Of a DNA stretch of 64,000 nucleotides, positions 9,894-20,749 are shown piece after piece (within the stretch, counting starts at the first letter, position 1; every line of letters starts with the position of its first letter). The position numbers and the translations under genes were made by a program. The notes under the pieces were generated by a model. It did no database searches. It worked only from the letters and a program-made list of their open reading frames with translations, and was not told the DNA's origin. The DNA comes from an uncultured virus (IMG/VR IMGVR_UViG_2872485971_000002). Its lineage: Duplodnaviria; Heunggongvirae; Uroviricota; Caudoviricetes. Location: positions 1 through 64,000 of the IMG/VR virus record IMGVR_UViG_2872485971_000002; one strand, given 5' to 3'.

Positions 9894-10089
9894 TTAATTA
9901 TGTTCGATCATCTTCAAGAAATTAGACGCTGCCTTTTTATATCTCAGATCTTTTTCATACTCAGCAACTTGTCTCATATGCTCAATAAATTCATCTTCAA
10001 GTCCTCGTAACGAAGAAATCCAAAACAAAGACCGTTCCTATACAGCATGTCATCATATTTTGCTTGTAAAGCTCTTTCTTTGTTGTTAA
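9894..10089 (-). pseudogene. Frameshifted small gene (yosU-like)
   Basis: AAGGAGG RBS, frame 1 TTKERALQAKYDDMLYRNGLCFGF, then LRGLEDEFIEHM...IEHN* in another frame. Confidence 0.5.
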
Positions 10090-10201
10090 TGATCTCTTTC
10101 CTCCTTATTGATTTAGATAAAAGTATTCTTTTATTGAAATCAGATCTCTCCTTTTCCCTATTTATGTTAAAATGAGTTAAAAAGGAAATTGTGGTGTATT
10201 T

Positions 10202-10816
10202 ATGCTCGACTCAGCTTTTCTCTTGCCATACTTAATGGTTCTTTATTTTTGCTTTATATTTTATAGACTCATAAGACAAGTCCTTTACAAAAAAGGCCGC
10301 CTACCCATACATAAACATATTGTTATCTTTTGTTTATTGGTTTACTTTTTCAACTTGATAAGTGTTACATTATTCCCTATTCCAATAGATACTGTTTTAA
10401 TTAAGGATATGAGGGATGACACTTATATCCCTTTTGTATCAGGAAATAACTTTATCCCGTTTTACTTTTTTGTAGACATTTATCATGAAGGTCTTCAACC
10501 CTATGTAATTAGATCAATTGGAGGAAACCTAATATTATTAATGCCAGTTGGCTTGTTGTTTCCTCTTTTATTTAATAAATTAAATGTAAAAAGGATTTTG
10601 CTAACTGGATTTTTCATATCTTTGTTTATTGAATTAATACAGCTTTCGTTTTCAGTGTATATAGGAACAATTTACAGAAGTTTTGATGTAGATGATTTAA
10701 TTCTTAACACTCTAGGTACTTTAATAGGGTATTGGTTCTTTTACATCTTAAGGATGCTTTATGGAAAATTGAATTGTCGTATTAAAAAGAACTCTTCATC
10801 AATAAACATTGAATAA
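10202..10816 (+). CDS. VanZ-like membrane protein
   Basis: NFIPF, GNLILLMPVG, IELIQ, RSFDVDDLILNTLG. Confidence 0.85.
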   Translation: MLDSAFLLPYLMVLYFCFIFYRLIRQVLYKKGRLPIHKHIVIFCLLVYFFNLISVTLFPIPIDTVLIKDMRDDTYIPFVSGNNFIPFYFFVDIYHEGLQPYVIRSIGGNLILLMPVGLLFPLLFNKLNVKRILLTGFFISLFIELIQLSFSVYIGTIYRSFDVDDLILNTLGTLIGYWFFYILRMLYGKLNCRIKKNSSSINIE

Positions 10817-10909
10817 TTTATGCATTCTCTCATATGATAATATGTACCTTGGCTGAAACCTCCATTGTTCAGATCACAGCATGAATACAGCCAAGGTTTT
10901 TAATTTTAC

Positions 10910-11338
10910 TTACTTCGTCCCCGTTGAACCGTGTCCGCCACGATCTTCATTCCCCAAATGCTCAACCTCTACCAATTCAACTGCCGGCATTTTCTTAATA
11001 ATTCTAAATTGACAAATCCGATCTCCCTTTTTAATCTCAGTATTACGTAATGCATAAGCAGGAAAGAACCAAAAATCGTTGTCTCCCTTGTACGACTCAT
11101 CAATAACACCCATTGAATTTGTTTGAATAACGCCAAAGTTCTTATATGTGCTCGACCGAGGAACGACATGTGCTTCGTAACCTTCAGGCAGCTCCATTGC
11201 TACACCTAGTGGGACAAGCTTAAATTCATCTTTTTTGATTGTTACATCTTCAGCTGCACGAAGATCGATCCAGTCTCCCTGCTCAATTTTGCTGATTCTT
11301 GTTTGTGTTTCATCTAAGTATTTGATTTTAATTTGCAT
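10910..11338 (-). CDS. yosS: Trimeric dUTPase
   Basis: [29 protein letters not shown]. Confidence 0.95.
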   Translation of the reverse strand: MQIKIKYLDETQTRISKIEQGDWIDLRAAEDVTIKKDEFKLVPLGVAMELPEGYEAHVVPRSSTYKNFGVIQTNSMGVIDESYKGDNDFWFFPAYALRNTEIKKGDRICQFRIIKKMPAVELVEVEHLGNEDRGGHGSTGTK

Positions 11339-11388
11339 TGTTATGTAATATAGCTCCTTTTAATTTAAGTTTGTTTAAAATTACCCTT

Positions 11389-11631
11389 TTATCGTAATTC
11401 CTTTAATAACTCATCAAGTTCATTAGGCTTAAAACCAACACTTCGCTTTACTTCTTCTCCTTGATCATTCAGCAAAATGGTTACCGGTACTCCCATGACA
11501 CCAAATCTTGCTGCTACTTCTGGTTCCTGTGTAACGTCAACAGTCTCAAATTGAATATTTACTTGTTCTAAGTAATTGGACACCATTTTACATGGATTGC
11601 AATTAGGCTGCTCTAATTTAATTAATCTCAT
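11389..11631 (-). CDS. yosR: NrdH/thioredoxin-like redoxin
   Basis: CNPC motif, GVPV; follows nrdF. Confidence 0.9.
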   Translation of the reverse strand: MRLIKLEQPNCNPCKMVSNYLEQVNIQFETVDVTQEPEVAARFGVMGVPVTILLNDQGEEVKRSVGFKPNELDELLKELR

Positions 11632-13425
11632 TGAATACATCCTTTCTCGGTAAAAATGAAATCTGAATCCTTTAAAGGCTCCACTGTTGCTTTTTTGTAT
11701 CCATTCCCTTTAGTTGAAAAGAAGTCATGGGATTTGGTCTTAGTGCTCAATCCATTAATAACAATTGGGTTAACATCTTCTTCCTCAAACAGATGATCGA
11801 ATCCCAGGTTGTTTAAAGCTTTATTAGCATTGTATCTGATGAATTTCTTAACATCTGGAGCTAAGCCAACTTGATCATAGACATCTTCTGTATACTCTAA
11901 TTCATTTTCGTAAAGCTCCTGCAGTAAGTTTAATGCCCATTCATACAATTCCGTTTGCTTCTGTGGTGTTTGGTTCTTATATATCTCTTGAGCTAGCAAT
12001 CCGATGTATGTTCCATGTATCGCTTCGTCTCTAATACCCTTAGTTCAACCGAGTTCGCTACTATCGGTTCGTTGCCCTGTCGCAACCGCCTTACGTTACC
12101 GTAAGGAGCAGACTATATCATCATCCCTGTAGGATGCCTCCCGTTTCGATTTAAGGGGTTCTCACCCACGCCAATAGCTTGCGCCCTACTCGTTTTGCGG
12201 AATTTCGCCGCCTATGCGATAGTCGTTGAACGTTCTATGCGATCCCATAAAGTCTTCCATCTTCTTTTATGGCGAATTAGACTAACGTAACGAGGATGAA
12301 GGCTGTATTTTTCACCAGCTTCAACATTGTTCATTCCAGCAATCAAATCATAGATTAAATTTGTTGCCTCCATATTAGTGAGCTTTGACATTGAATTACT
12401 TTCTCCAGGTTGTCCTGACATTAATCCAATTTTCATTGCATGTAGAGTATTTTCTTTAGGTGTAACTATTTCTAAGTTCCGAATGTGGTTGTTTAGTTTA
12501 TTTCCATCTATGTGGTTTACAAACATTCCTTTTGGTATATCATGAATAAAATATTTTGCGACTAACCTATGTACTAAATAGTTCTGTGTTCCTTTTTTCG
12601 GATGCGTGTATCCTATCATTTCATAGCCATGTGGAGTAATAAATGTCTTTCTCGGTTTCTTTAATTTTTTTGATATGATAACTCCCGTTTCCGTTATCCA
12701 CCAAGGTGCTTCTTCGACTTCTTTCCTTATCATTTTCACCTCCTTTGGGTTCGCATAGCTTCGCTGCTGATTGTCCTAATAAGGATTTTCCAGCAATTAG
12801 AGAGGTTCACATTTGCCGTTGCCGACAAAAGGGACTATTAAATAATCAGGTTAATGATCTCTCCACTTTGCATGAGTTTCCCTTGTCCATAAAAGTAAAG
12901 TGGATAATAAAACCCTGAGTAGAAAAGGAAGCTCTCCAGAAACACAGACGCAACCATTGCTTTGAATAAGGAAATATCATCGTTTTTCTGAACTGCTTTA
13001 TAAATTGAAACAATTGTTTTTGCTTTCTTTTGAAGAAACCTATTGTTTTTCACCCATTCGAAGACTTCATTGATCTTCTCGGTTGGAGCCAAAGTTAGAA
13101 AGATGTTGCTGTAAGATTTCGCATGGACAGCATTTTCCATCATGGCCATAAAGTTTAATACTGCTTTCCGCTGGTGGCCGTCTACGTGTTCAGCCACGAT
13201 CGGCATCCCCGTATTCCCCTGCTCTGTATCAAGAAGCGTAAGTCCGGCCAGTACCTTCATATAAGTGTCCTGCTCATTTTTTCCGAGGTACTTCCATGTG
13301 AGGAGATCGCCGTTTAAAGCAATCTCTTCCGGAAGCCAGAACTGTTTCACGTTTTGGTTATAGAACATTTGGGTAAAATCGTCTTCATGCTTTGACCAGT
13401 TTGCTGCGTCATAAATTTTTGTCAA
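11628..13425 (-). CDS. nrdF: Class Ib ribonucleotide reductase beta subunit; exons 13425-12845 and 12036-11628 (329 aa spliced)
   Basis: Splicing restores [15 protein letters not shown]. Confidence 0.95.
12037..12844 (-). ncRNA. Group I intron in nrdF (808 nt) carrying an HNH ORF
   Basis: 5' exon ends in U pairing with G in P1 (GAU/UAUU..AAUAGUC); terminal G; GAUAUAGUCU S-like element. Confidence 0.92.
12212..12733 (-). CDS. yosQ: Intron-encoded HNH homing endonuclease
   Basis: VHRLVA...[11 protein letters not shown]...NLE; AGGAGG RBS. Confidence 0.92.
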   Translation of the reverse strand: MIRKEVEEAPWWITETGVIISKKLKKPRKTFITPHGYEMIGYTHPKKGTQNYLVHRLVAKYFIHDIPKGMFVNHIDGNKLNNHIRNLEIVTPKENTLHAMKIGLMSGQPGESNSMSKLTNMEATNLIYDLIAGMNNVEAGEKYSLHPRYVSLIRHKRRWKTLWDRIERSTTIA

Positions 13426-13768
13426 TTAATCATGTCCTTTCAATTGAAATATTTTTTCTGAAAAAATGCAGTGAATTTAAAAGCTGAATTGACAGACTCC
13501 TATATTACTGTCAAACATTCGAAAGGAATGAAAGACAGTGAATTTTTTAAATGACCTTATATCTTTGTTAGGGAGCATCTTTGTTAGAGAGTACAGTCAT
13601 TTCAACTGGATGGTTGTATGATAGGCTTTTATCATGTTTAATCGAATATATTTTGAAGCTTATATTTGGCTTACTTTGTAACGCTCTTATGAGAAAATTT
13701 AACAAAATTAAGTGCAAACGACGTCCGGGAGATCCTGTTAATTTTGAACCAAAACGTAAACGTACCTA

Positions 13769-16120
13769 TTAAACTACACAGGACAAGCATCCCTCTTGGG
13801 TCGTATCTTTAGTTCTGGCATAATATAAAGTTTTAATTCCACGATGATGTGCGTAGAGGTCTATTCTATTTAGGTCTCTCGTCGTCATCGTATCCTTTAA
13901 GAACAACGTAAATGAAATCCCTTGGTCGACGTGCTGCTGAATAGTGGCAATAAGATCAACAACTTTAAACATATCCATGTCATATGCTTCTTTGTAGAAG
14001 AACCAATTCTGAGCTGATAAACCTGGCATTGGATAATATGTCTTACTGTTTCCGTATGTACGTTCCTCAATTCTTTCCATAATGGGCATTACACCCGCCG
14101 TAGATGATTGAACATATGAGATGCTTCCCGTAGGTGCAATAGCCTGCCTATACGAATGGTATAAGCCATATTTCATTACATCTTCTTTAAGTTTCGTCCA
14201 ATCTTTAATGTTAGGAATATGTTGATCTCCAAATAGCTTTTTAACCTTTTCAAACAGAGGGCTATAATCATTTGTTACGTACTTTTCGAAATACTCACCT
14301 GATTTATAAGTTGAACCATCAAACTTGTAGTATGTCTCCCCTGTTTCTCGTGCAATTTCCATAGAACGCTGCAGGGAGTAGAAGTTAACCATCATAAAGT
14401 ATGTATTTGCAAAATCCTTAGCTTCTTCACTTTCATAAGCAATATTATTTTGAGCTAGAAATCCATGGAGGTTCATCTGCCCTAGACCAATTGATCTCAT
14501 TAGTGTATTTGCTCTCGCAACAGCTGGAGCATTTACAATGTTTGTTTTCCTTGTGACAGTTGTCAATGAGTCAATTGCTATTCTTACTGTTGAAGCAATT
14601 GATTGATTACTCATTACATTTACAATGTTCATTGAGCCAAGATTGCAGGAGATATCTAAACCAATTTCATCCTCTTTATCGTAATCCGTATAAACTGATA
14701 CTTGTGATGATTGGAGGACTTCAGAACACAAATTTGAAAACTTCACTTTTGAAATATGTTCATTTGGATGCACTTTATTTACATTGTCAGCGAACATAAT
14801 ATACGGATAGCCAGATTCGCTTCTTAGAATGGCCAATTGCTCTAACAGCTTCCGAGTATTCCCTTTAGCTTTTCTAACCCTAGGGTTTTCGACAAGCTCA
14901 TCATACATTTCATTGATGCTCATCTCATCAAGATACTGTCCATATTCCTTGTATACTGAATGCGGATAGAACATGTAATAATCCTTGTCTTCCCTTGCAA
15001 GTTCAATAAATTTATCTGGAACAACTACACCAATAGATAATGTTTTAACTCGGACATCTTCATCAGCACTTATTTTTTTGGTATCTAGGAAATCTGTAAT
15101 GTCTGGATGGAATACACTTAGATAAACTGCTCCTGATCCTTGTCTTTGCAGACCATTCAGACGTGTTCGCTAAGCACGCCCCGCCATATGGCTGCTTCAT
15201 GTTACCATGAAGGTTAGACTATATCTTCACCCTCTAAGGATGCCTCCTGTTTCGACTGCCAATAGCTTGCAGCCTACGCCTTTCGGCTAGTCGTTGCACG
15301 TTCAAGACTTAGTCTTGCTTCGCTCATGATTGTCCCTGTAGGAGTTCCCATGAATTAAAGAGGTTTTCGATCACCATTGCTGATGAAAGGGGCCAAATCA
15401 ACCCATTTGGTCGGCATATCTGAAGGCATTATCCAATAGCTTCATGACGCCTACAACGCCTTTTGTCGCATTCTCAACATCTTTAATAGCTTCACCTTTG
15501 GCTCTTAGTTTGTTTAGATTTAATGCTACTCCTCCACCTAACTTAGAAAGCTGCATGGAGATATCAATGGCTCTAGAGATAGCATTCAAACTGTCATCCA
15601 CTTCAAGTAAGAAGCAGCTCACCATTTCACCTCTTCGCTTACGACCAGCATTAAGGAAAGTAGGTGTTGCCGGCTGATACTCTTGTTTCATCATAGTATG
15701 TACTTCCTCAACAGCTTTCTCATAATCGCCATCAGCGCAATATAAAGCCACAATTGAGACACGATCCTCGTACCTCTCCAGGATCTTTGTTTTATCATTT
15801 GTTTTCAATGCGTAGTCATTGTAGAACTTAAAGGCACTCATAAAAGAAGGGAATCTGAATTTGTAACTGTAAGCAATCTTATAGATTGATTTAATCTGTT
15901 CGAATGTATATTTGCTTAAGAATTCTTCCTCGTAATAATCATTTTTAATCAGATAGTCCAGCTTCTCTTTCAGATCATGGAAAAAGACTGTGTTTTGATT
16001 AATGTAATCAACAAAGTAACTATGTACGGCCTCCTTATCCTTTTGGAATTGATACTTCCCATCTTTCTGAATCATGATCTCATTATTGAGCTTGATCCAC
16101 TTTGGTATTGTGTTTGTCAA
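13769..16120 (-). CDS. nrdE: Class Ib ribonucleotide reductase alpha subunit; exons 16120-15401 and 15148-13769 (699 aa), no intein
   Basis: TTG start with GGAGG; splice joins YADQMG-QRQGSG; uninterrupted SNLCSE; C-terminal CLSC. Confidence 0.95.
15149..15400 (-). ncRNA. Group I intron in nrdE (252 nt, no ORF)
   Basis: Exon ends GGU, intron ends G, AAGAUAUAGUCU element; removal restores the frame. Confidence 0.92.
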
Positions 16121-16478
16121 TAAGTTGTACCTCCTGAATGATCTTCTGTAAGTCATGTTTCGTTCCACTAAGTTCAAATTTTAATAACAATGGTGTGTGG
16201 AACTTAGCTGAAAGCTTGTCTCCAGCTAAACCATAGTTATCACCCCAAACCTTGTTACCACTAACAGCAACTCCCCTTATTTTATTTTTATTCTTATTGA
16301 TAAAACTCAAAGTCCTTTCAGGTACTTCCCCAAAGCCTATCGTATATGTAATATGTATGAACTCTTGAGTGATGATCGTATCATCAGTTATTTCAATTGC
16401 CTCAATGTCTAACTCTTGTTGCAACGCTTTTACAAACCTTCTTACATTGCCAGTTTTACTCTCATATGTAATGATCAC
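16083..16478 (-). CDS. nrdI: NrdI flavodoxin (YosM)
   Basis: YESKTGNV, YTIGFG, SGNKVWG, KFELSG. Confidence 0.95.
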   Translation of the reverse strand: MIITYESKTGNVRRFVKALQQELDIEAIEITDDTIITQEFIHITYTIGFGEVPERTLSFINKNKNKIRGVAVSGNKVWGDNYGLAGDKLSAKFHTPLLLKFELSGTKHDLQKIIQEVQLIDKHNTKVDQAQ

Positions 16479-16831
16479 TAATCGTTATAGGCTCCTGTAA
16501 TTAATCTTGTAGTTGCACATTCAGCTTCATTTTCAACATGATTAAATACTTCTGATATCTCACGATTAATGTCGCCCATTTCCATGTAGCCCTGTGCCAT
16601 ACTTTCATATAAGGAACTCTTCTTAACTGGAACGTAATCATCTAGATTCTTTTCTAATTCAACAAATTGATTTCCCTGTTGGTCAGTTGCAATAATCTCT
16701 CCTTTTAATACAGGAAAAGATTGCCCATCAGCTAAATGAATATGAGTGTTCTCATCGGCTATTGTAAAGCTAATAATGTTCTTCTTTTTTACATATTGTT
16801 GAGTTGGATCAATACGTCTAGCTGCCCCCAT
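16478..16831 (-). CDS. yosL: Hypothetical phage protein
   Basis: 117 aa; C-terminal ESMAQGYMEMGDINREIS resembles the MazE/NdoAI C-terminal helix. Confidence 0.75.
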   Translation of the reverse strand: MGAARRIDPTQQYVKKKNIISFTIADENTHIHLADGQSFPVLKGEIIATDQQGNQFVELEKNLDDYVPVKKSSLYESMAQGYMEMGDINREISEVFNHVENEAECATTRLITGAYND

Positions 16832-16878
16832 TTTACATCTCCTTATTTTTTGTTTTTAATTTGAATAAAGCTGTGATT

Positions 16879-17082
16879 TTATCTAGATTTTTTGTTTGGC
16901 CATCCTTCGCCAAGAAGCTTTTTAGCCTCTTCAACATCTGTAAATCTTTCAATCTTGTGTCTATAATCATCTATCCACCGGTAAACACATACTGTATTTT
17001 CTTCAACTTTCATGACAGTGTATTGCTGCATAGGATCTTCTAAAAGGTGAAGCTTCTGATCTTTATAAAATCCTGGAATCAT
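16879..17082 (-). CDS. yosK: Hypothetical phage protein
   Basis: ORF with GGAGG RBS. Confidence 0.6.
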   Translation of the reverse strand: MIPGFYKDQKLHLLEDPMQQYTVMKVEENTVCVYRWIDDYRHKIERFTDVEEAKKLLGEGWPNKKSR

Positions 17083-17101
17083 ATAATATCCTCCTCTTCT
17101 T

Positions 17102-17236
17102 TTATTGAAGTTCTCTTACTTCATGCGGTACTCCGCTTTCTTCTTGAGCATAGACAGCATCATTATGAGCCTCAATTGCATCATCATAAGTGTTAACAAG
17201 TGTTCCCATGCAAAAAAGTCCGTATTTTTTATTCAT
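17102..17236 (-). CDS. Small phage protein, 44 aa (yosI-like)
   Basis: Hand-translated MNKKYGLFCMGTLVNTYDDAIEAH... Confidence 0.55.
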   Translation of the reverse strand: MNKKYGLFCMGTLVNTYDDAIEAHNDAVYAQEESGVPHEVRELQ

Positions 17237-17249
17237 TTTCATCATCCTT

Positions 17250-17462
17250 TTAATTTATTTTTGTGAACCTCTTAATCTCTTTACCTTCAACAGCCACATT
17301 TCCAAAGAACATTTCTTTAGGTCTTGCCCAAAGTAATCCGTCTTGGTCTTCATATGTAACCAGCTTTTCTTCTGTTTCAGTGTGAATGACCTCTCCAATA
17401 ACCTTATACAGACCGCCTTTATAATGTCTAAACCAGCAACCAACTACTTCGTATGTATCCAT
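17250..17462 (-). CDS. DUF1653-family protein
   Basis: RHYKGGLY...HTETEEKLV.Y...WARPKEMF. Confidence 0.8.
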   Translation of the reverse strand: MDTYEVVGCWFRHYKGGLYKVIGEVIHTETEEKLVTYEDQDGLLWARPKEMFFGNVAVEGKEIKRFTKIN

Positions 17463-17468
17463 TTGAAT

Positions 17469-17846
17469 TTATTGCCCCTCAAATTTCAGTTTTAGTCGTT
17501 CATATTCTAATCTTTCCTGCTCTTCTTTTTTCTTCTGGTATTCAATTTGACGAGCTTCTTCTGCTTTTTTAAGCTTCAGCTCATAATCAGCCCAATCCTT
17601 TTTTGTAATGATTTTTAGTCTATTAAGTTCATGTTTTGCATATCTGTTCTCATATAGCTCTTTTTTTGCCCGGCATTCATTAAATACAATGGTATTGGTT
17701 TGATCTTCGTCCAAATCAAAAACCTGTTTAACTATCAACACTCCACCATCTTTGGTTACGATTGTAGTGCTATCACAAAATTGGTTTGCATGAATAAATC
17801 CAATTTCTTTGCCAACCAGATCATTCGGTTCTGTTATAAAATACAT
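17469..17846 (-). CDS. Hypothetical protein
   Basis: ORF with AAGGAGG RBS. Confidence 0.7.
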   Translation of the reverse strand: MYFITEPNDLVGKEIGFIHANQFCDSTTIVTKDGGVLIVKQVFDLDEDQTNTIVFNECRAKKELYENRYAKHELNRLKIITKKDWADYELKLKKAEEARQIEYQKKKEEQERLEYERLKLKFEGQ

Positions 17847-17879
17847 TTGCTTCCTCCTTATCCCTTTAAAATCATCCTT

Positions 17880-18209
17880 TTATCCAATTTCTTTATTTTC
17901 ATCCTCAGTTAAATATTGAACAGTAAGTACAACCTTTGTTATTGGGGATTGAGAATTTTCAAACTCAACATTTGTTACTTTTAAAGCGAGGTAAAGGAAT
18001 TCTTTATGTTGGTAAATAGATAAAAATAATGGGAAGGAGCTTTTAAATCCTTTTTGAAGCTTTTTCAATTGACTATTGGTTAGATGAATAACTAATTTTT
18101 CATCCATTTCGGTTACAAAAATATCATTTAGCACTAAACATTCATCTGGCTCACACGGCAGCCACTTGTACAATCCCATATTATAAAATTTCAACTGTTC
18201 AATTTGCAC
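17880..18209 (-). CDS. Hypothetical protein
   Basis: ORF bracketed by palindromic repeats. Confidence 0.6.
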   Translation of the reverse strand: MQIEQLKFYNMGLYKWLPCEPDECLVLNDIFVTEMDEKLVIHLTNSQLKKLQKGFKSSFPLFLSIYQHKEFLYLALKVTNVEFENSQSPITKVVLTVQYLTEDENKEIG

Positions 18210-18260
18210 TTTTATTTCCCCCTGTCAAATATCTTTAAAATAAAACTTTTATTTAGATCT

Positions 18261-18683
18261 CTAAATCTCATCGGCTCTAAAGAATCTCCAGAGACGTTTC
18301 CACCAGGAAGTTTTGCACTTATCATTTTCTTCTTTAACACATTGATTTTCTTGTCTTACACACTGTTGCCATTCTTCTTCAAGTTTTGCTTGCTCTTGAA
18401 TCGCCTTTTCAAGGCTTTCTTTGTCTTCAATTGTTTTAATGATTTTATCAGTCTGATACGTCCATTCATTATTGGTGTTCCGCTGCCTATCAGTAACAAC
18501 TACATATTCATTAAAACCAGGAATGTATACTTTGCCCCCAACTTCAATTGGATCTAAGTCAATTATTCCTTCGAAGAAACAGTTGAATTCGATTTTCTCA
18601 TATCCAGAAAAACGACCGAGTGCGTCCAATCCATATGATTTATTGATTATCTTGCCTTCAAACTTAGCCTGATGTCTCCCCAC
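18261..18683 (-). CDS. Hypothetical phage protein
   Basis: ORF with AAGGAGGTG RBS. Confidence 0.7.
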   Translation of the reverse strand: MGRHQAKFEGKIINKSYGLDALGRFSGYEKIEFNCFFEGIIDLDPIEVGGKVYIPGFNEYVVVTDRQRNTNNEWTYQTDKIIKTIEDKESLEKAIQEQAKLEEEWQQCVRQENQCVKEENDKCKTSWWKRLWRFFRADEI

Positions 18684-18695
18684 TTATTCACCTCC

Positions 18696-19016
18696 TTAAA
18701 TGTAGCTCCCCATTTCATATTCTGTTATGATTCCTTGTTCAATAAAATTAGCAATAATTTCCTGCACTTTATCATTAGTAACGTATGGGAATTCAAGTTC
18801 CTCTCTTGTGCAAGCTTTCATATAGTATTGATAATCATATGGCTGTAAGTATCTTTCATCTAATACGTCAATCTCACCCTTGAGACTCTTTTTATGTATT
18901 GTTAAATTAAATGTGATGTTAGGTTGAATTGACTTTATGAAGTACCACTTTGATTTCACGTGATCCGTAAAACCAATATCCCTCATTTGTTTATCTTCAA
19001 GAATATGAAACTTCAT
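18696..19016 (-). CDS. Hypothetical phage protein
   Basis: ORF, translationally coupled to the upstream small ORF. Confidence 0.7.
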   Translation of the reverse strand: MKFHILEDKQMRDIGFTDHVKSKWYFIKSIQPNITFNLTIHKKSLKGEIDVLDERYLQPYDYQYYMKACTREELEFPYVTNDKVQEIIANFIEQGIITEYEMGSYI

Positions 19017-19138
19017 TATCTTCCCTCATTGATGATCTTCTTTAATGCTTTTAGAAGCATATTTAGTGATTTCTTGTCACCCATTTCATCCCGATTGACT
19101 TCAATAAAGTGAACTACTGACGTTAATTTATCCTGCAT
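19016..19138 (-). CDS. Small hypothetical protein, 40 aa
   Basis: MQDKLTSVVHFIEVNRDEMG...; AAAGGAG RBS. Confidence 0.55.
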   Translation of the reverse strand: MQDKLTSVVHFIEVNRDEMGDKKSLNMLLKALKKIINEGR

Positions 19139-19175
19139 TTCAGTTGCTCCTTTCACGATAAAAATTGAATTTTAT

Positions 19176-19355
19176 TTAGATAATATTGATAATTAATAAA
19201 ACTAAACTGATTAAGAATGACATTCCAGCTAGAACTAATAACCCTAAAGCGATTTGAGGTTTTATTCTCCTTTTCGATCCATATGTATCTAATGATACAA
19301 GTCCAATCAACAAAAGACCGATGAAATCAAGAATATTAATTGCAAATTGCACCAT
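19176..19355 (-). CDS. Small two-TM membrane protein, 59 aa (yosB-like)
   Basis: MVQFAINILDFIGLLLIGLV...; GAGGAG RBS. Confidence 0.6.
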   Translation of the reverse strand: MVQFAINILDFIGLLLIGLVSLDTYGSKRRIKPQIALGLLVLAGMSFLISLVLLIINII

Positions 19356-19428
19356 GTCACTCCTCGTTATTTGTTTTGATTTGTCGCATACTGCGCTTGC
19401 CCGGGAAATTAATTTCTATTTCCTTTCA

Positions 19429-19617
19429 CTATTTCAATTCCACCACTTCACACCAAGTTCTTAGTGAACTGTCTTTTTTTAAATTTAAAGCAGCTACGCC
19501 AGCTACATCTCTAAATGAAAATTCAGCAACTTTTCCATCACTGTCTAGCATTTTTCCTACATACTCTTTTCCAGCCCAAATCTCTACTGCGTACTTACTC
19601 ATACAACATCTCTCCAT
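19429..19617 (-). CDS. Hypothetical protein
   Basis: ORF; start probably MSKY. Confidence 0.5.
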   Translation of the reverse strand: MERCCMSKYAVEIWAGKEYVGKMLDSDGKVAEFSFRDVAGVAALNLKKDSSLRTWCEVVELK

Positions 19618-19636
19618 TCTCGATAAAAGGAATATT

Positions 19637-19855
19637 TTATCCTCTATTTTTGTATTTGTTATTTAGTCCTAAATGTTCTAATGTCTTCTTAACACTTAAA
19701 TTACTGCATTCATTTTTCACTCTCTCGGAATAACCCTTTGCACAGCCTTCACAACAATTGAAGTCTTCATAAGTTTTTTCATCGCTGATCCTAAGACAAA
19801 TTGTTTTTCCACTTATGTACTCTTTACAGATGTCACATATATGATTCATTAACAC
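19637..19855 (-). CDS. yorZ: Small CxxC protein
   Basis: CDIC...CCEGC; first gene after an SPBRE promoter. Confidence 0.6.
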   Translation of the reverse strand: MLMNHICDICKEYISGKTICLRISDEKTYEDFNCCEGCAKGYSERVKNECSNLSVKKTLEHLGLNNKYKNRG

Positions 19856-19915
19856 TCTCCTTTGTCCTAATGTAAATTTATTATATACATATTATTTGTA
19901 TTTGTCTATCGGTTT

Positions 19916-20098
19916 TTAAATAATTTCTTTAATATTTTTCAGCTTTGCAAAAACAGACATTATATCTTTATCACACCGCTCCCAAACACGTTTTTCTTCA
20001 GGCTTCAAAGTGTTTTCTAAGTAAATATAGAGCTTATCCAATACTCCTTCAGCAGCATCTATATCATCAATTACAAGATCTCTAACATTATCCTTAAT
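19916..20098 (-). CDS. Small phage protein with apparent ATT start (yorY-like)
   Basis: GGAGAGGG RBS then ATT AAG GAT AAT; 60 open codons. Confidence 0.5.
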   Translation of the reverse strand: MKDNVRDLVIDDIDAAEGVLDKLYIYLENTLKPEEKRVWERCDKDIMSVFAKLKNIKEII

Positions 20099-20110
20099 GA
20101 TACCCTCTCC

Positions 20111-20338
20111 CTATGAAAATATGGTTATGGCTTTTCCATTGTCATTTTTTATGTACGGAGAATGATTTCGGGCAAGATAGTTCCTTGACTTTCCTTCTCC
20201 CAGACTTACATTATAAATATCCCTTACCTCATGTACTTCGTATGCTTGTTCTTTTGCATGTTCAGGTGATAGCGCCTCAATAACTAGAGACGCATTTTCA
20301 CCTTTGCTATCTTTACACCTTACATAATACTTTTTCAA
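20111..20338 (-). CDS. yorX: Hypothetical phage protein
   Basis: ORF and synteny. Confidence 0.65.
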   Translation of the reverse strand: MKKYYVRCKDSKGENASLVIEALSPEHAKEQAYEVHEVRDIYNVSLGEGKSRNYLARNHSPYIKNDNGKAITIFS

Positions 20339-20377
20339 TAAACATCCCTTTATCCTTTCATTTTTTCTTGAAACAAT

Positions 20378-20749
20378 TTAATGAATCAAGCCTTGATATG
20401 TATTTGGTTTAATATTGTGTAGATCGATTAGGTTAGTTAACCGCTCGATTTCCTTACTCATCGCATAACATTGATCAACATAAAATTTCTTTGGCATAAT
20501 CACAAACTGGCCATCTTTAAATCCTTCCGCACCGGCTTCTTGCATTGCTGCTGGAAAGATATCAATTAGACTCCCTTTTTTAAAGCTCTCAATATACTCA
20601 TCTACTGAAATAGTGTGCAAAACCCTAGCTAATACTCCATTGGTCTTTTCATCGTTATGTACGTAAATGCTTTGTGTATGTGGTTCAATAACTACAAAAT
20701 CAAGAGCGTTTACCAAGTCAATTTTTTCTTGATCAGTTAGCATATTCAC
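20378..20749 (-). CDS. yorW: Hypothetical phage protein
   Basis: ORF and synteny. Confidence 0.65.
   Translation of the reverse strand: MNMLTDQEKIDLVNALDFVVIEPHTQSIYVHNDEKTNGVLARVLHTISVDEYIESFKKGSLIDIFPAAMQEAGAEGFKDGQFVIMPKKFYVDQCYAMSKEIERLTNLIDLHNIKPNTYQGLIH

Noticed and set aside
13538..13772. Plus-strand short ORFs between nrdE and nrdF
   Set aside because: Two short overlapping frames with no recognisable motif; possibly a relic, not enough support.
11628..16120. nrdE/nrdF as pseudogenes
   Set aside because: The breaks are explained by group I introns whose removal restores the frames.
16121..16177. ORF-track N-terminal extension of nrdE
   Set aside because: It overlaps nrdI; the GGAGG RBS points to TTG 16120.
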